Assembly: GCA_902527045.1 (NCBI GenBank)
Contig: CABZNL010000005.1
Location: 332-64,331, forward strand
DNA length: 64,000 nt
Source: an uncultured Alphaproteobacteria bacterium
Lineage (GTDB): Bacteria > Pseudomonadota > Alphaproteobacteria > HIMB59
Reading direction: 5' to 3'
A program made the position numbers and the translations under genes. Positions 20,252 through 29,736 of the stretch are shown in pieces. Numbering within the stretch: the stretch's first letter is position 1; every line of letters starts with the position of its first letter. The notes under the pieces are model-generated. The model was not told the DNA's origin. It did no database searches and was given only the letters and a program-made list of their open reading frames with translations.

Positions 20252-20276
20252 GTCCAAAAGTAAAAAAGCTTTGGAC
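20252..20276. promoter_or_regulatory. Candidate operator, inverted repeat GTCCAAA-N11-TTTGGAC
   Basis: Perfect 7-bp inverted repeat in the middle of the 104-bp gap between two divergent HTH genes. Confidence 0.45.
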
Positions 20277-20310
20277 TATTTTAAAAAATACTTTTTCTCA
20301 TGATAGGGGT

Positions 20311-20631
20311 ATGAAGTCTAATTATATTACCCCTACTTTAACTGGAGGATCCTCCTCCGATAAAAAATTTGAACCCCAATACCTAAGTAATATCGAGGAG
20401 TATTTGCGCTGCCTCGCTCAAATCAGGCTAGATAACAATATTTCAGTTGAGGATGTAATGCAGCATTTGAATTACTCTCGTAGCACCCTTGATGCTCTTG
20501 AAAATGGTGATCTGGAATTTATCCAGTATCCTTTGAACTACTTCTTTACTAGGCAGTATGCCTCTTTTTTAAAGGTCCCCTTTCCTCAGCAATTCCTAAT
20601 GAGCCATTTCAAGCCAGGAGAGAAAAAGTAA
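20311..20631 (+). CDS. XRE-type HTH protein (RodZ N-terminal HTH_25-like), no TM segment
   Basis: LAQIR...SVEDVMQHLNYSRSTLDALENGD...FTRQYASFL. Confidence 0.75.
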   Translation: MKSNYITPTLTGGSSSDKKFEPQYLSNIEEYLRCLAQIRLDNNISVEDVMQHLNYSRSTLDALENGDLEFIQYPLNYFFTRQYASFLKVPFPQQFLMSHFKPGEKK

Positions 20632-21158
20632 TGAGGGCTCTATTATTATTATTTATCAGTATTTTTTTAACTAATTGTACGTTGAAGGCTGAGAGTAACT
20701 CCATTCACCATGAGTTTGATAACTGGATACATATGGAGGCTAAGGAAGATAATCTCGATTTGGTCTTTAGTTTGGAGAACAGTGAACGGATGATTATTTT
20801 CATCGTCGATCCCAACTTAAGTTGTGATGCTCGGTTAGTTTACACTAATCGTGAATTTGAGCCCCAGGATTTTAACGTCATGAGCGGTGAAACTTTCGAT
20901 TGGAATCTCTCAGGGCAGACATACGAAGGCAAAGATGCCAGTCGATTAAATGCGGATGGATATGTTCGGTGGGAGCTAATGAGTTTTTACAAACATCACT
21001 TCTCCAAGCTTGAAGATTTGTTATCTAAAAGAGGGCAGATTTCATTTTCAATCAACGACCCTCTCAATAGATTTGAAAAACAGGAAATACAAATGAAAGC
21101 CAATGGACTTAGTTCTGCTCTTGTTAGTGCCCTTGATACTTGCCAGGGGTGGACATGA
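20631..21158 (+). CDS. Hypothetical exported protein
   Basis: Signal peptide (possible lipobox LTNC or LKA cleavage site); GGAG RBS; TAATG coupling to the HTH gene. Confidence 0.65.
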   Translation: MRALLLLFISIFLTNCTLKAESNSIHHEFDNWIHMEAKEDNLDLVFSLENSERMIIFIVDPNLSCDARLVYTNREFEPQDFNVMSGETFDWNLSGQTYEGKDASRLNADGYVRWELMSFYKHHFSKLEDLLSKRGQISFSINDPLNRFEKQEIQMKANGLSSALVSALDTCQGWT

Positions 21159-21604
21159 TAAAAAAATTATTATGTTTATTCTTATTCATGAGTTGGTCTT
21201 TACCTATAAAGGCAGAAAATAAGTCTGCAGCAATTTATGTGCTTGGTAGTTTAGATAATGACATAAAACAATTATTTAAAGAAACTATTGACGACCAGAT
21301 ACACAGTTATGCTCAAACAATCAGCGAAGGACCACAATCTAATATTTATGTCTTTCCTTATCGCAGTCAAGATCAGTGGCAAGTGGTAAGCCTGCACGTA
21401 GAAGGCAATGAAAAGCATACAGACCTTCTTGGTCTTTCATTCGAGGGTCCCCCACTTCGATCTTTAGATGAAATCCGCCAGCTAGTCGGTCTAGATGGCT
21501 CCCTTAAATATATCGGTTGGAGTAGCTATGATGAGCTCCCTCCAGAAAAGGTTTTTATTGCTTCCAAAATTATCGCTCAAGATTATCTATACTTGTATTT
21601 TTAA
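21155..21604 (+). CDS. Hypothetical exported protein
   Basis: Start ATG 21155 (ATGA overlap); signal peptide MIKKLLCLFLFMSWSLPIKA. Confidence 0.65.
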   Translation: MIKKLLCLFLFMSWSLPIKAENKSAAIYVLGSLDNDIKQLFKETIDDQIHSYAQTISEGPQSNIYVFPYRSQDQWQVVSLHVEGNEKHTDLLGLSFEGPPLRSLDEIRQLVGLDGSLKYIGWSSYDELPPEKVFIASKIIAQDYLYLYF

Positions 21605-21736
21605 CAAAGCCTCTGTGAGCGTTTTACTCTTTGTTTGCTTGATGTCTTTTCAAAGTGGTTTTGTCCCTTTAGTGGTCACAGTGGGTGTCTTATTATATAA
21701 GTGTGTGATCTTATTTTTTTACTTAACCTACGATCA

Positions 21737-21949
21737 TCAAAAATCATCAACTCCATCGATAGCTGAAACCACCATTAATGACTCAATATAGCGCTTTTTA
21801 CTACAATCGTAGCAAATCGTAATCATTTCATCGTTGATTTTATTAATATATTTCTTTGAGACCTCTTTGTAATCCCCGCATTCTGTACACTTACTATAAG
21901 GGATTTCACTACTTTGAATTAAGTCCTCTTTCCCGTTCCACCATCCCAT
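21737..21949 (-). CDS. Small CxxC...CxxC (Zn-ribbon-like) hypothetical protein
   Basis: CTEC ... CYDC. Confidence 0.5.
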   Translation of the reverse strand: MGWWNGKEDLIQSSEIPYSKCTECGDYKEVSKKYINKINDEMITICYDCSKKRYIESLMVVSAIDGVDDF

Positions 21950-22023
21950 AAATTATCATTATCATAATTATTGATTGGGCTTTGATAGAAGTTATGCATT
22001 AATCAAAAAAAGTTGTTAGTAAT

Positions 22024-22593
22024 TTATTTAGTCAATTGATTGATTAAAATATTGAGGTCACTGGTGAAGGTTTTCTGATCAATAGAAGTATCAAGATACA
22101 TGGTACAATAATGATTAACGAAGTGATATTCAAGGAATTCCATTACATTTTCTTCGCCATTCCAAGATTGGTTAAAATCCTCAGATGCTTGGAAAAAAGA
22201 GTTTAATGACTCCTCGGAACAATCACTCCAAAAAGCAGGACAGAAGTTAGTTCCGTCTCCTTTAAATAGATTGATGTATGCATCCAACACTAGAATTTCA
22301 AAATTAGGGTAATTAATTTTTTTGTATTGACTGATATCAACACTACTTAGGTCAGTTAAAAACTGTTTTGATGGGGAGTCATAATACAAGTCATAGTTTA
22401 AACCTTTTGCTCCTTCAAAATTTTCATTGAAGAAGAGTATAATTTGATTTCGTGTCCCAATCTCTTCAATTGGGTCCAAGGACCAGTAAACTTCTTCTAA
22501 ATAACCAACACAGTAATCTTGGTCCAAGGAATTAGAAAATAATTTTGATGAAATTAAAATAGTAAATATGAAAATGAAGAGTTTTAAATACAC
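22024..22593 (-). CDS. Acidic hypothetical exported protein
   Basis: Signal peptide, four Cys; coupled to the upstream oxidoreductase. Confidence 0.6.
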   Translation of the reverse strand: MYLKLFIFIFTILISSKLFSNSLDQDYCVGYLEEVYWSLDPIEEIGTRNQIILFFNENFEGAKGLNYDLYYDSPSKQFLTDLSSVDISQYKKINYPNFEILVLDAYINLFKGDGTNFCPAFWSDCSEESLNSFFQASEDFNQSWNGEENVMEFLEYHFVNHYCTMYLDTSIDQKTFTSDLNILINQLTK

Positions 22594-23816
22594 TATAAAT
22601 ACTTATCAATTGAAAAAGCTGGATTGTTTGGTGTCTCACCGTTTACTAGCCCTGAGATTACTTTTCCAGTAACAGGGCCTAAAGTCCAACCTAGGTGATT
22701 GTGACCAAAGCCGTAGTAAAGATTTTCAAGTTTTGGGGACTTGCTAATAATTGGTAAACAGTCTGGAAGGGTCGGCCTATAGCCTAACCATGAATTTTGA
22801 TAATCTTGAAGTTTTGGAATGAGTTGTTTAGCGTAATGATTAATGTATTTTAGCCTAGATTCATTAATCTTTTTCTTTGTACCCGCTAGTTCTACTGTTC
22901 CCGCAGCTCTAATTCCATATTCAAGAGGGGTCAAGTACATGCCGGATTCTACCAAACAAGTTGGGCGAGTTAAATAATCTTGCATTCCAAGAAATTCTAA
23001 GTGGTACCCCCTTTCTGTTTCAAGGGGTATCCTTTTATTTTCTAGTTGACTGACTAAATCCTTTGAAAAGGCACCACTGCAAATAATCAAGCAATCAAAA
23101 TCTCGATTTTTAATCTTAAATTTTCCTTGACTAGAATTTATTGAGAAAACCTTCTCCTTTAAAAATTGCCCACCTTTTTCAAGAAACTTCAAAAATAACT
23201 TATTTAATATTTTATCTGGATTTAAAGTATGGTGGGCGCGAGGGAAATACCATCCCCCTTTAATACTTTTACTTAAATTTGGCTCTAGATCCAAGATCTC
23301 AGCTGGAGAGAGACTTATTTGTTCAACATTATTTTTTTTTCTAACTTCTATTTGATCAGGAGTTGGCTTTTCTCTCTCATTAATCCAAACATATAAAACT
23401 CCTTTATGAGTGAGTAAGTCTGTGGCACCAATCTCAGTCAATAAGGTTTCATAAGATGGTAAGGCATCTTTTAAAAGGCTTGTCATTTGCTCTGCTGTAT
23501 AGTTCATTGATTTTGAATTACAGTTTTTAAGAAATTTAACAATCCAAGGGAGCATTTTAGGCAAATAAGACCAACTTATTTGTAGAGGTGAGTCACTATT
23601 AAAAATATAGCGCAATAAATTTCTCCAAATATCTGGTTGGTTAAGTGCTGGAACTCCATAATCTGCAATGACGTTGGCATGCCCCCTCGAGGTTCCTGAG
23701 CCTGGATCGTTTTGATCAAAAATTGTAACAATATGACCTGAGGACTGTAAGTAATAGGACGTACTTAGTCCAACGATTCCTGCCCCAATTACAGCGATAT
23801 TTCTGACATCACTCAT
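22593..23816 (-). CDS. FAD-dependent D-amino acid dehydrogenase (DadA-like)
   Basis: VIGAGIVG, TSRGHA, PLETERGYH, AGTVE, WLGYRPTLPD, GHNHLGWTLGP. Confidence 0.88.
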   Translation of the reverse strand: MSDVRNIAVIGAGIVGLSTSYYLQSSGHIVTIFDQNDPGSGTSRGHANVIADYGVPALNQPDIWRNLLRYIFNSDSPLQISWSYLPKMLPWIVKFLKNCNSKSMNYTAEQMTSLLKDALPSYETLLTEIGATDLLTHKGVLYVWINEREKPTPDQIEVRKKNNVEQISLSPAEILDLEPNLSKSIKGGWYFPRAHHTLNPDKILNKLFLKFLEKGGQFLKEKVFSINSSQGKFKIKNRDFDCLIICSGAFSKDLVSQLENKRIPLETERGYHLEFLGMQDYLTRPTCLVESGMYLTPLEYGIRAAGTVELAGTKKKINESRLKYINHYAKQLIPKLQDYQNSWLGYRPTLPDCLPIISKSPKLENLYYGFGHNHLGWTLGPVTGKVISGLVNGETPNNPAFSIDKYL

Positions 23817-24279
23817 TAATTATTTTCCGATAATCCCATGGATATTTAAATTCCATGGACCACATACCAAGCTTGTTGAATTTGGCGTATTCTTCGTCTT
23901 TTATATATTTGTTTGAATATTTTCTGTATGCAAATGCAAAACCCTCTCTGACTAAGTAAGCACTCAAAGACTCTCCATTGACAAAGCACTCACCTAATAC
24001 TCTTCCATAAAAATCTTTTCCTTCATCAGTGCAACTAATTTTATTATTTGTAACTTTTTCAATTAAAAGATCTCTTGATATTTTTCCACATGCAACTTTC
24101 CCTTCACTTGCAACACATGTTTGGTTTATTTCAGGAGCGTCTATTCCACTAAAGCGTATTTTCACATCACCTAATCTAATTGTGTCTCCATCAATGACAG
24201 TAACATGAGAGGCAAAAAGGTTATTTGAAAATAGAAATAAGGAAGATAGTGAGCATAAGATGAAAATTTTTAATGACAC
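23809..24279 (-). CDS. Thermonuclease (staphylococcal nuclease-like), exported
   Basis: VIDGDT, IRFSGIDAPE, D.YGR.LG, LVREG.A, GMW. Confidence 0.9.
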   Translation of the reverse strand: MSLKIFILCSLSSLFLFSNNLFASHVTVIDGDTIRLGDVKIRFSGIDAPEINQTCVASEGKVACGKISRDLLIEKVTNNKISCTDEGKDFYGRVLGECFVNGESLSAYLVREGFAFAYRKYSNKYIKDEEYAKFNKLGMWSMEFKYPWDYRKIINE

Positions 24280-24713
24280 GCAATATTATACTTTTTTAAT
24301 CTCCAGTAATTATAAGGCCAAGGAGTAATAAATCCTACAAAAAGCATAATTGGAACTACCCACCATGTAAGCATTGCCCCTCCAGTTAAAATAACGTCAG
24401 TGATATTCATAGCTATTTCCATAGAGATCATAGATATAAAACTCATGCCTAAAGCTGTTTTTAGTGCTTGATTAAATTTGAAGTTTTGTCGAATTAAAAC
24501 AATCGTCTCAAGAACTATACTTGTAATTAATCCATTAATTATCGCGAGGATCATAATAATCATCACTGGCCAAGAAATTTGGGTGATTTGAAAATATAAA
24601 ATAGTTCCAAAATCACCTATAGAGCATCCGATCAAGCACCAAGATGTATTTTTGGCACTTTTTTTCCAAGTATGTTTACAGTGCCAATGAAATGTAGATA
24701 TAGCGTGATTCAT
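24270..24713 (-). CDS. DUF4396 family membrane protein
   Basis: T.WCLIGCSIGDFG, SMISMEIAMN, PWPYNYWRLKKY..CH. Confidence 0.75.
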   Translation of the reverse strand: MNHAISTFHWHCKHTWKKSAKNTSWCLIGCSIGDFGTILYFQITQISWPVMIIMILAIINGLITSIVLETIVLIRQNFKFNQALKTALGMSFISMISMEIAMNITDVILTGGAMLTWWVVPIMLFVGFITPWPYNYWRLKKYNIACH

Positions 24714-24907
24714 GATTAATTAGGTATACAATTATTTTATAGGTAAGCTAAATGATATTAGATTTTTAACCTTTTTGAATTAAAAAACATTGATTTCAAT
24801 GGGTTTTTAGATATTCCAAATATGCATAATGAAACGGCTTTTTGCTATTTGAAATCATATTCAGTTTGTTACATATTATAGTCAAATTTTCTAGGAGGAG
24901 GATTTCT

Positions 24908-26218
24908 ATGAAAATATTAAAAACGCTTACAGCAATAATTGCGCTTTCCTTATTTGGGGCAAGTTATGCAAATGCTGGTTCTCACGCTTATTCAGGCCCT
25001 GACCTGTCGGGAGAAAAATTAACAATCTTTGGTCCATGGTTGGCACCACAAGATGATGATTTCAGGGATGTCATATCAATTTTTGAAGCAGCAACTGGTG
25101 CGTCCGTCGAGTACGGGGGATCTGATGAGTTTGAATCAATTATTAATATTGACTGTCAAGCAGGAAGTCCAGCGGATATCGCTGTATTCCCTCAACCAGG
25201 ATTAGCAGCGAATATTGCAGCGACTGGATGTTTATCCCCATTAGGTGATGATGTTAAACAAATGGTTCTTGATAACTATGCTGCAGGTCAATCTTGGGTA
25301 GACCTTACAACATATAAAGATCAAACTGGTTTTGAAAAGTTTTTTGGTGTTTTTTACAGAGTGAATGTAAAAAGTTTAGTGTGGTACTCACCAGATAACT
25401 TTGAAGATAACGGTTATGAAATCCCTACAAGTATGGAAGGTTTATTAGCATTAGCAGATCAAATGGTTAGTGATGGAAACACACCTTTCTGTATTGGATT
25501 AGGCTCTGGTGGAGCAACTGGGTGGCCAGCTACTGACTGGATGGAAGACATTATGTTAAGAACTCATTCACCTATGACATACGATCAGTGGGTGTCTAAT
25601 GATATGAAGTTCAATGATCAAAGAGTGATCGATGCAATGGAATTCTTTGGTTCAATTGCATTAAATGACTCTTATGTTAATGGTGGAACTAAAGCCGTTG
25701 CTACAACTGACTTTAGAGACTCTCCAAATGGACTCTTTACTTCTCCTGCGGAGTGTATGATGCATAGACAAGCTAGCTTTATTCCTGCCTTCTTTCCTGA
25801 AGGATCAGAAGCTGGTGTTGACTATGACTTTTTCTACTTCCCACCTTTTGAAGCTCAAGACCTAGGAAAACCTGTTTTAGGTGCTGGAACTCTAATGGCT
25901 CCTACCAATGACAGAAAAATAACTACCGAGTTCATGAAATTCTTGCTTCACACTGAAGCTAATGAAAGATTCATGGAAAAAGGTGGTTTTTTAACACCTC
26001 ATAAGTACGTGGATGTTGACAAATACTCCAGTGAAACATTTAAAGGTCTGCATGAGATTTTAATGAATGCAACAACCTTTAGATTTGATGGATCAGACTT
26101 AATGCCTGGTTGGGTTGGAGCAGGATCTTTCTGGACAGGTATGGTTGATTACACCAATGGTAAGTCAGCTAAGGAAGTCGCTGACGAAATACAAGCTAGC
26201 TGGGAAGCTGGTCAGTAA
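24908..26218 (+). CDS. Carbohydrate ABC transporter substrate-binding protein (AglE-like)
   Basis: AGGAGG RBS before ATG 24908; PADIAVFPQPG, KSLVWY, GATGWPATDWMEDIMLR, FRFDGSDLMP. Confidence 0.9.
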   Translation: MKILKTLTAIIALSLFGASYANAGSHAYSGPDLSGEKLTIFGPWLAPQDDDFRDVISIFEAATGASVEYGGSDEFESIINIDCQAGSPADIAVFPQPGLAANIAATGCLSPLGDDVKQMVLDNYAAGQSWVDLTTYKDQTGFEKFFGVFYRVNVKSLVWYSPDNFEDNGYEIPTSMEGLLALADQMVSDGNTPFCIGLGSGGATGWPATDWMEDIMLRTHSPMTYDQWVSNDMKFNDQRVIDAMEFFGSIALNDSYVNGGTKAVATTDFRDSPNGLFTSPAECMMHRQASFIPAFFPEGSEAGVDYDFFYFPPFEAQDLGKPVLGAGTLMAPTNDRKITTEFMKFLLHTEANERFMEKGGFLTPHKYVDVDKYSSETFKGLHEILMNATTFRFDGSDLMPGWVGAGSFWTGMVDYTNGKSAKEVADEIQASWEAGQ

Positions 26219-26237
26219 AAAAAAGTAATTTTCTTAT

Positions 26238-26266
26238 CTAAGGGCGAATAGTATATTTGCCCTTAG
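26238..26266 (+). terminator. Intra-operon hairpin after the SBP gene (partial terminator or mRNA stabiliser)
   Basis: CTAAGGGCGAATA-GTA-TATTTGCCCTTAG, 13-bp stem with one G-U pair, followed by TTTC. Confidence 0.65.
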
Positions 26267-26282
26267 TTTCTCTAAATATTCT

Positions 26283-27266
26283 ATGAGTATATTTTCCCTT
26301 GCAATAACTGTTCTTATTGGTGTTCTTTTTTTTGTAGCATTTTTTCACTTTTCAAACTTTTTATTAGATTATTTTAGGATAAGAGCATCGAAAAAGTTTG
26401 CCTTAGAAAATTCAATTAGAGTTATAATTTTCATCGCACCAGCTTTTATAGTGCTATTTGTCTTTATATTATATCCCGTCTTTGAAACTATTAGACTGAG
26501 CTTTTACGATAAGATAGGTGAAAACTTTGTAGGGTTATACAACTACTCTTGGGCAATTAAAGATCCTGATTTCAAGCGAAGTATCATTAATAACTTAGGA
26601 TGGTTAATAGTAGTGCCGACTATGAGTACATTTTTTGGTTTAGTGATTGCAAATTTAGCAGATAGAGTCTGGTGGGGATCTATTGCTAAATCGATAATAT
26701 TTATGCCGATGGCAATTTCATTTGTTGGGGCAGGTGTAATTTGGAAATTTATGTATGATTACAGAGGTCCTGGTGATCAACAAATTGGACTTTTAAATGC
26801 CATTGCAGTTACATTGGGTTTCGAGCCACAAGCTTGGTTAACAATACCCATTTGGAATAATCTCTTTTTAATGGCAATTATGATATGGATACAAACGGGT
26901 CTTGCTCTTGTAATTTTTAGTGCTGCGCTCAGAAGTATTCCCAATGAAACGTTGGATGCCGCACGCATTGATGGGGCAAGTGAACTTAAAATATTTTGGT
27001 CAATCATTGTTCCTTTTTTAGAGCAAACTATCTTGGTAATTTGGACCATTATCACAATCTTAGTGTTGAAAGTTTTCGATATCATCTACGCCATGACAAA
27101 CGGTCAATGGCAAACTGAGGTATTAGCAAATCTCATGTACGATTGGATGTTTAGAGGTGGGGGTGACTCTGGAAGAGGAAGTGTACTTGCCTTTTGTATT
27201 TTAATTGGGGTAACTCCTATTTTAGCCTGGAACCTATACAGGCATAAACAAGACCAAAAAGTATGA
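26283..27266 (+). CDS. Carbohydrate ABC transporter permease (AglF-like)
   Basis: FMPMAISFVGAGVIWKF; EAA-like motif DAARIDGA. Confidence 0.92.
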   Translation: MSIFSLAITVLIGVLFFVAFFHFSNFLLDYFRIRASKKFALENSIRVIIFIAPAFIVLFVFILYPVFETIRLSFYDKIGENFVGLYNYSWAIKDPDFKRSIINNLGWLIVVPTMSTFFGLVIANLADRVWWGSIAKSIIFMPMAISFVGAGVIWKFMYDYRGPGDQQIGLLNAIAVTLGFEPQAWLTIPIWNNLFLMAIMIWIQTGLALVIFSAALRSIPNETLDAARIDGASELKIFWSIIVPFLEQTILVIWTIITILVLKVFDIIYAMTNGQWQTEVLANLMYDWMFRGGGDSGRGSVLAFCILIGVTPILAWNLYRHKQDQKV

Positions 27267-28402
27267 AAAAAATTACCTTTACCTCTGTATTCTCCCAGCT
27301 TTTATTGCTTTTTTTTGTAGTAGCATGGATAGTTCCTACCTTTGGATTGTTTATCAGCTCTTTAAGGGACAAGGACGTATTGGCCATCAGTGGTTGGTGG
27401 ACATCATTTACTACTACAGAAATTAACGAGATATATCGAACTGAAGGTAAAGACGCTCAAATCAAAGAGGGGAATTATTATATTATTAAAAGTAATTTAT
27501 TCGATGGGGGTCAAGAAAAAGAGATTTTTCGTTTTGGAGTGACATCTAAGAACATTGATGAATACAAAGTTGGCGAGACCGCGCTATTTAAAGATCAAAC
27601 AGAAATAACAGTTTTTGAAAACGGTGATTACATATGGAAATCAGAAGAGGAATTTAAAAAGAAAAAAGGTAAAAGGATTTTTGTGTCAGCTAAGAGCCCA
27701 CCTAGCTTTACACTTGATAATTATAAAGAGGTGCTGCTTAAAGAAGGCTTGGGGCAGGCTTTTTTAAATACATTAGCGGTTGCACTTCCTGCAACTCTAA
27801 TACCTTTAATTATATGTTCTTATTTTGCATACGCACTTACTTGGATGAAATTTTATGGGAGAGATATTTTATTAGCCACAATAATTGCCTCACTTGTTGT
27901 TCCATTGCAGATGTGTCTAATACCTGTGTTAACTATTTATAATGACTTTGGAGCATTATTTGGTGTCAGTGCAAAATCTTTTCCTGGTATTTGGATGGCG
28001 CATACTGGATTTGGTCTTGCATCAACTACTTTTTTGTTATGGAATTTTTTAAAAACACTCCCCAGTGAAATGATCGAGGCGGCTAGAGTTGATGGGGCAA
28101 CGCATTACGATACTTTTATAAAAATTGTAGTTCCATTATCGATACCCTCCTTCGCATCTATTTTTATCTTACAATTTTTATGGGTATGGAATGATTTACT
28201 CGTAGGTTTAGTCTTCTTAGATAAACATCCAAGTGAAATTATTTTAACAGCAAAGCTCAAAGAGCTTCTTGGATCAAGAGGAGAAAACTGGGAGATACTA
28301 ACAACTGGTGCTTTTGTCTCAATGACCGTGCCATTATTTATTTTCTTTTCTCTTCAAAGATACTTTATAAGAGGATTGGTAGCAGGATCTATAAAAGGAT
28401 GA
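27263..28402 (+). CDS. Carbohydrate ABC transporter permease (AglG-like, large periplasmic loop)
   Basis: EAARVDGA, QFLWVWNDLLV, LQRYFIRGL.AGS.KG. Confidence 0.92.
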   Translation: MKKITFTSVFSQLLLLFFVVAWIVPTFGLFISSLRDKDVLAISGWWTSFTTTEINEIYRTEGKDAQIKEGNYYIIKSNLFDGGQEKEIFRFGVTSKNIDEYKVGETALFKDQTEITVFENGDYIWKSEEEFKKKKGKRIFVSAKSPPSFTLDNYKEVLLKEGLGQAFLNTLAVALPATLIPLIICSYFAYALTWMKFYGRDILLATIIASLVVPLQMCLIPVLTIYNDFGALFGVSAKSFPGIWMAHTGFGLASTTFLLWNFLKTLPSEMIEAARVDGATHYDTFIKIVVPLSIPSFASIFILQFLWVWNDLLVGLVFLDKHPSEIILTAKLKELLGSRGENWEILTTGAFVSMTVPLFIFFSLQRYFIRGLVAGSIKG

Positions 28403-29715
28403 GTAATAGAATAGTAATAATTGGTGCTGGGAGCACAAATTTTGGTCTTGGAATTGTAGGTGATTTTTTTAAGTCAAAAATTCTCTCTGGCTCAACATTG
28501 GTCTTACATGATATTAATTCTAAAACCTTAAAAAATACCCATAACATTGCACTTTCTTTCAAAGAAAAGCTAGGTGTAGACTTTAATATAGTGTCGACAA
28601 CCTCTCGAACGAAGGCTCTCCAAAAAGCTGATTTTTGTCTTATATCAATAGAAGTGGGGAATAGATTTGATCTTTGGGAGCAAGATTGGAAAGTTCCTCT
28701 TCAATATGGCATAAAACAGGTCTATGGAGAAAACGGTGGACCTGGTGGTTTATTTCATGCAATGCGTCAAATACCAGCCATTATAAAAATTTGTGAGGAT
28801 ATTGAAAAAATTTGTCCAGAGGCATTTATATTTAGTTACTCAAATCCCATGCAACGTATTTGTCATGCATTGACCACGCGTTTTCCAAATTTAAAAATTA
28901 CAGGCTTGTGTCATGAAATTGCTTCTATGAGCCGTCAGCTTCCAACGCTTATGGAAACTGATTTAGACAATATTCAATTTGAAGCTGGGGGTTTAAATCA
29001 CTTTAGTATTTTATTACATGCAACTTATAAAGACTCTGGTAAAGATGGATATCCCTTAATCAATAAAAACTTTGAGGGTTATTATTCTGATTTAGTTAAT
29101 GATCATGAAGGATTTTTTTCTAATGCTGGTGCAGAAAGGGGTTTATTTTTTGAATTATTTAAAAGATATGGATATTTACCAATTACAACGGATAGTCATT
29201 TAGGAGAATATTTATCTTGGGCTTATAGTGTTGCTGACCATGATGGAATTTTAGACTTTTACGATAAATATAAAAAAAGATGTTTGTCATTTTTTTCAAA
29301 CGATGGCTATGAGCAATTTTTTAATATGAGTCACCCTGAACCTCATGAAAGAGCTATACCAATTATTGAGAGTATTGTGGCAGACTTAAATATGTTAGAG
29401 CATGCCGTAAACATAAAGAATGAGAATTTCATTGAATGTTTGCCAAATGATATTGTTGTTGAAGTACCTTCCATAATAAATAAAACAGGAGTTCATGGTA
29501 AAAAATTAGATAATTATCCTGAGCCTTTTGGTGCTCTTCTTAATGCGCAAGTAGGAACAATTCAATTGACTACAAAGGCAATATTAAATGAATCTAAACA
29601 AACTGCTATTCATGCTCTTTTAGCTGACCCACTTGTGGAAAACCCAAACTCAGTAGTTTCTCTAATGGATACAATGATAGAATTTCAAAAAGATTATTTA
29701 GGATATTTAAAATAA
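28399..29715 (+). CDS. Glycoside hydrolase family 4 (NAD+/Mn-dependent alpha-galactosidase/alpha-glucosidase)
   Basis: IIGAGS, GENGGPGG, SNPM, GLCHE, GLNHF, SHLGEY, VVEVP. Confidence 0.9.
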   Translation: MSNRIVIIGAGSTNFGLGIVGDFFKSKILSGSTLVLHDINSKTLKNTHNIALSFKEKLGVDFNIVSTTSRTKALQKADFCLISIEVGNRFDLWEQDWKVPLQYGIKQVYGENGGPGGLFHAMRQIPAIIKICEDIEKICPEAFIFSYSNPMQRICHALTTRFPNLKITGLCHEIASMSRQLPTLMETDLDNIQFEAGGLNHFSILLHATYKDSGKDGYPLINKNFEGYYSDLVNDHEGFFSNAGAERGLFFELFKRYGYLPITTDSHLGEYLSWAYSVADHDGILDFYDKYKKRCLSFFSNDGYEQFFNMSHPEPHERAIPIIESIVADLNMLEHAVNIKNENFIECLPNDIVVEVPSIINKTGVHGKKLDNYPEPFGALLNAQVGTIQLTTKAILNESKQTAIHALLADPLVENPNSVVSLMDTMIEFQKDYLGYLK

Positions 29716-29736
29716 TAATTTAAAATATGGTTATAA

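Noticed and set aside
21495..21791. 98-aa hydrophobic ORF, or a structured RNA (CTGTGA/TCACAG pairing) in the 21605-21736 gap
   Set aside because: The ORF overlaps genes at both ends, and the pairing is only 6 bp, which is too weak to call.
17189..21949. Intact prophage or integrative element
   Set aside because: No integrase, terminase or capsid gene, and I found no second copy of the tRNA 3' end by eye.
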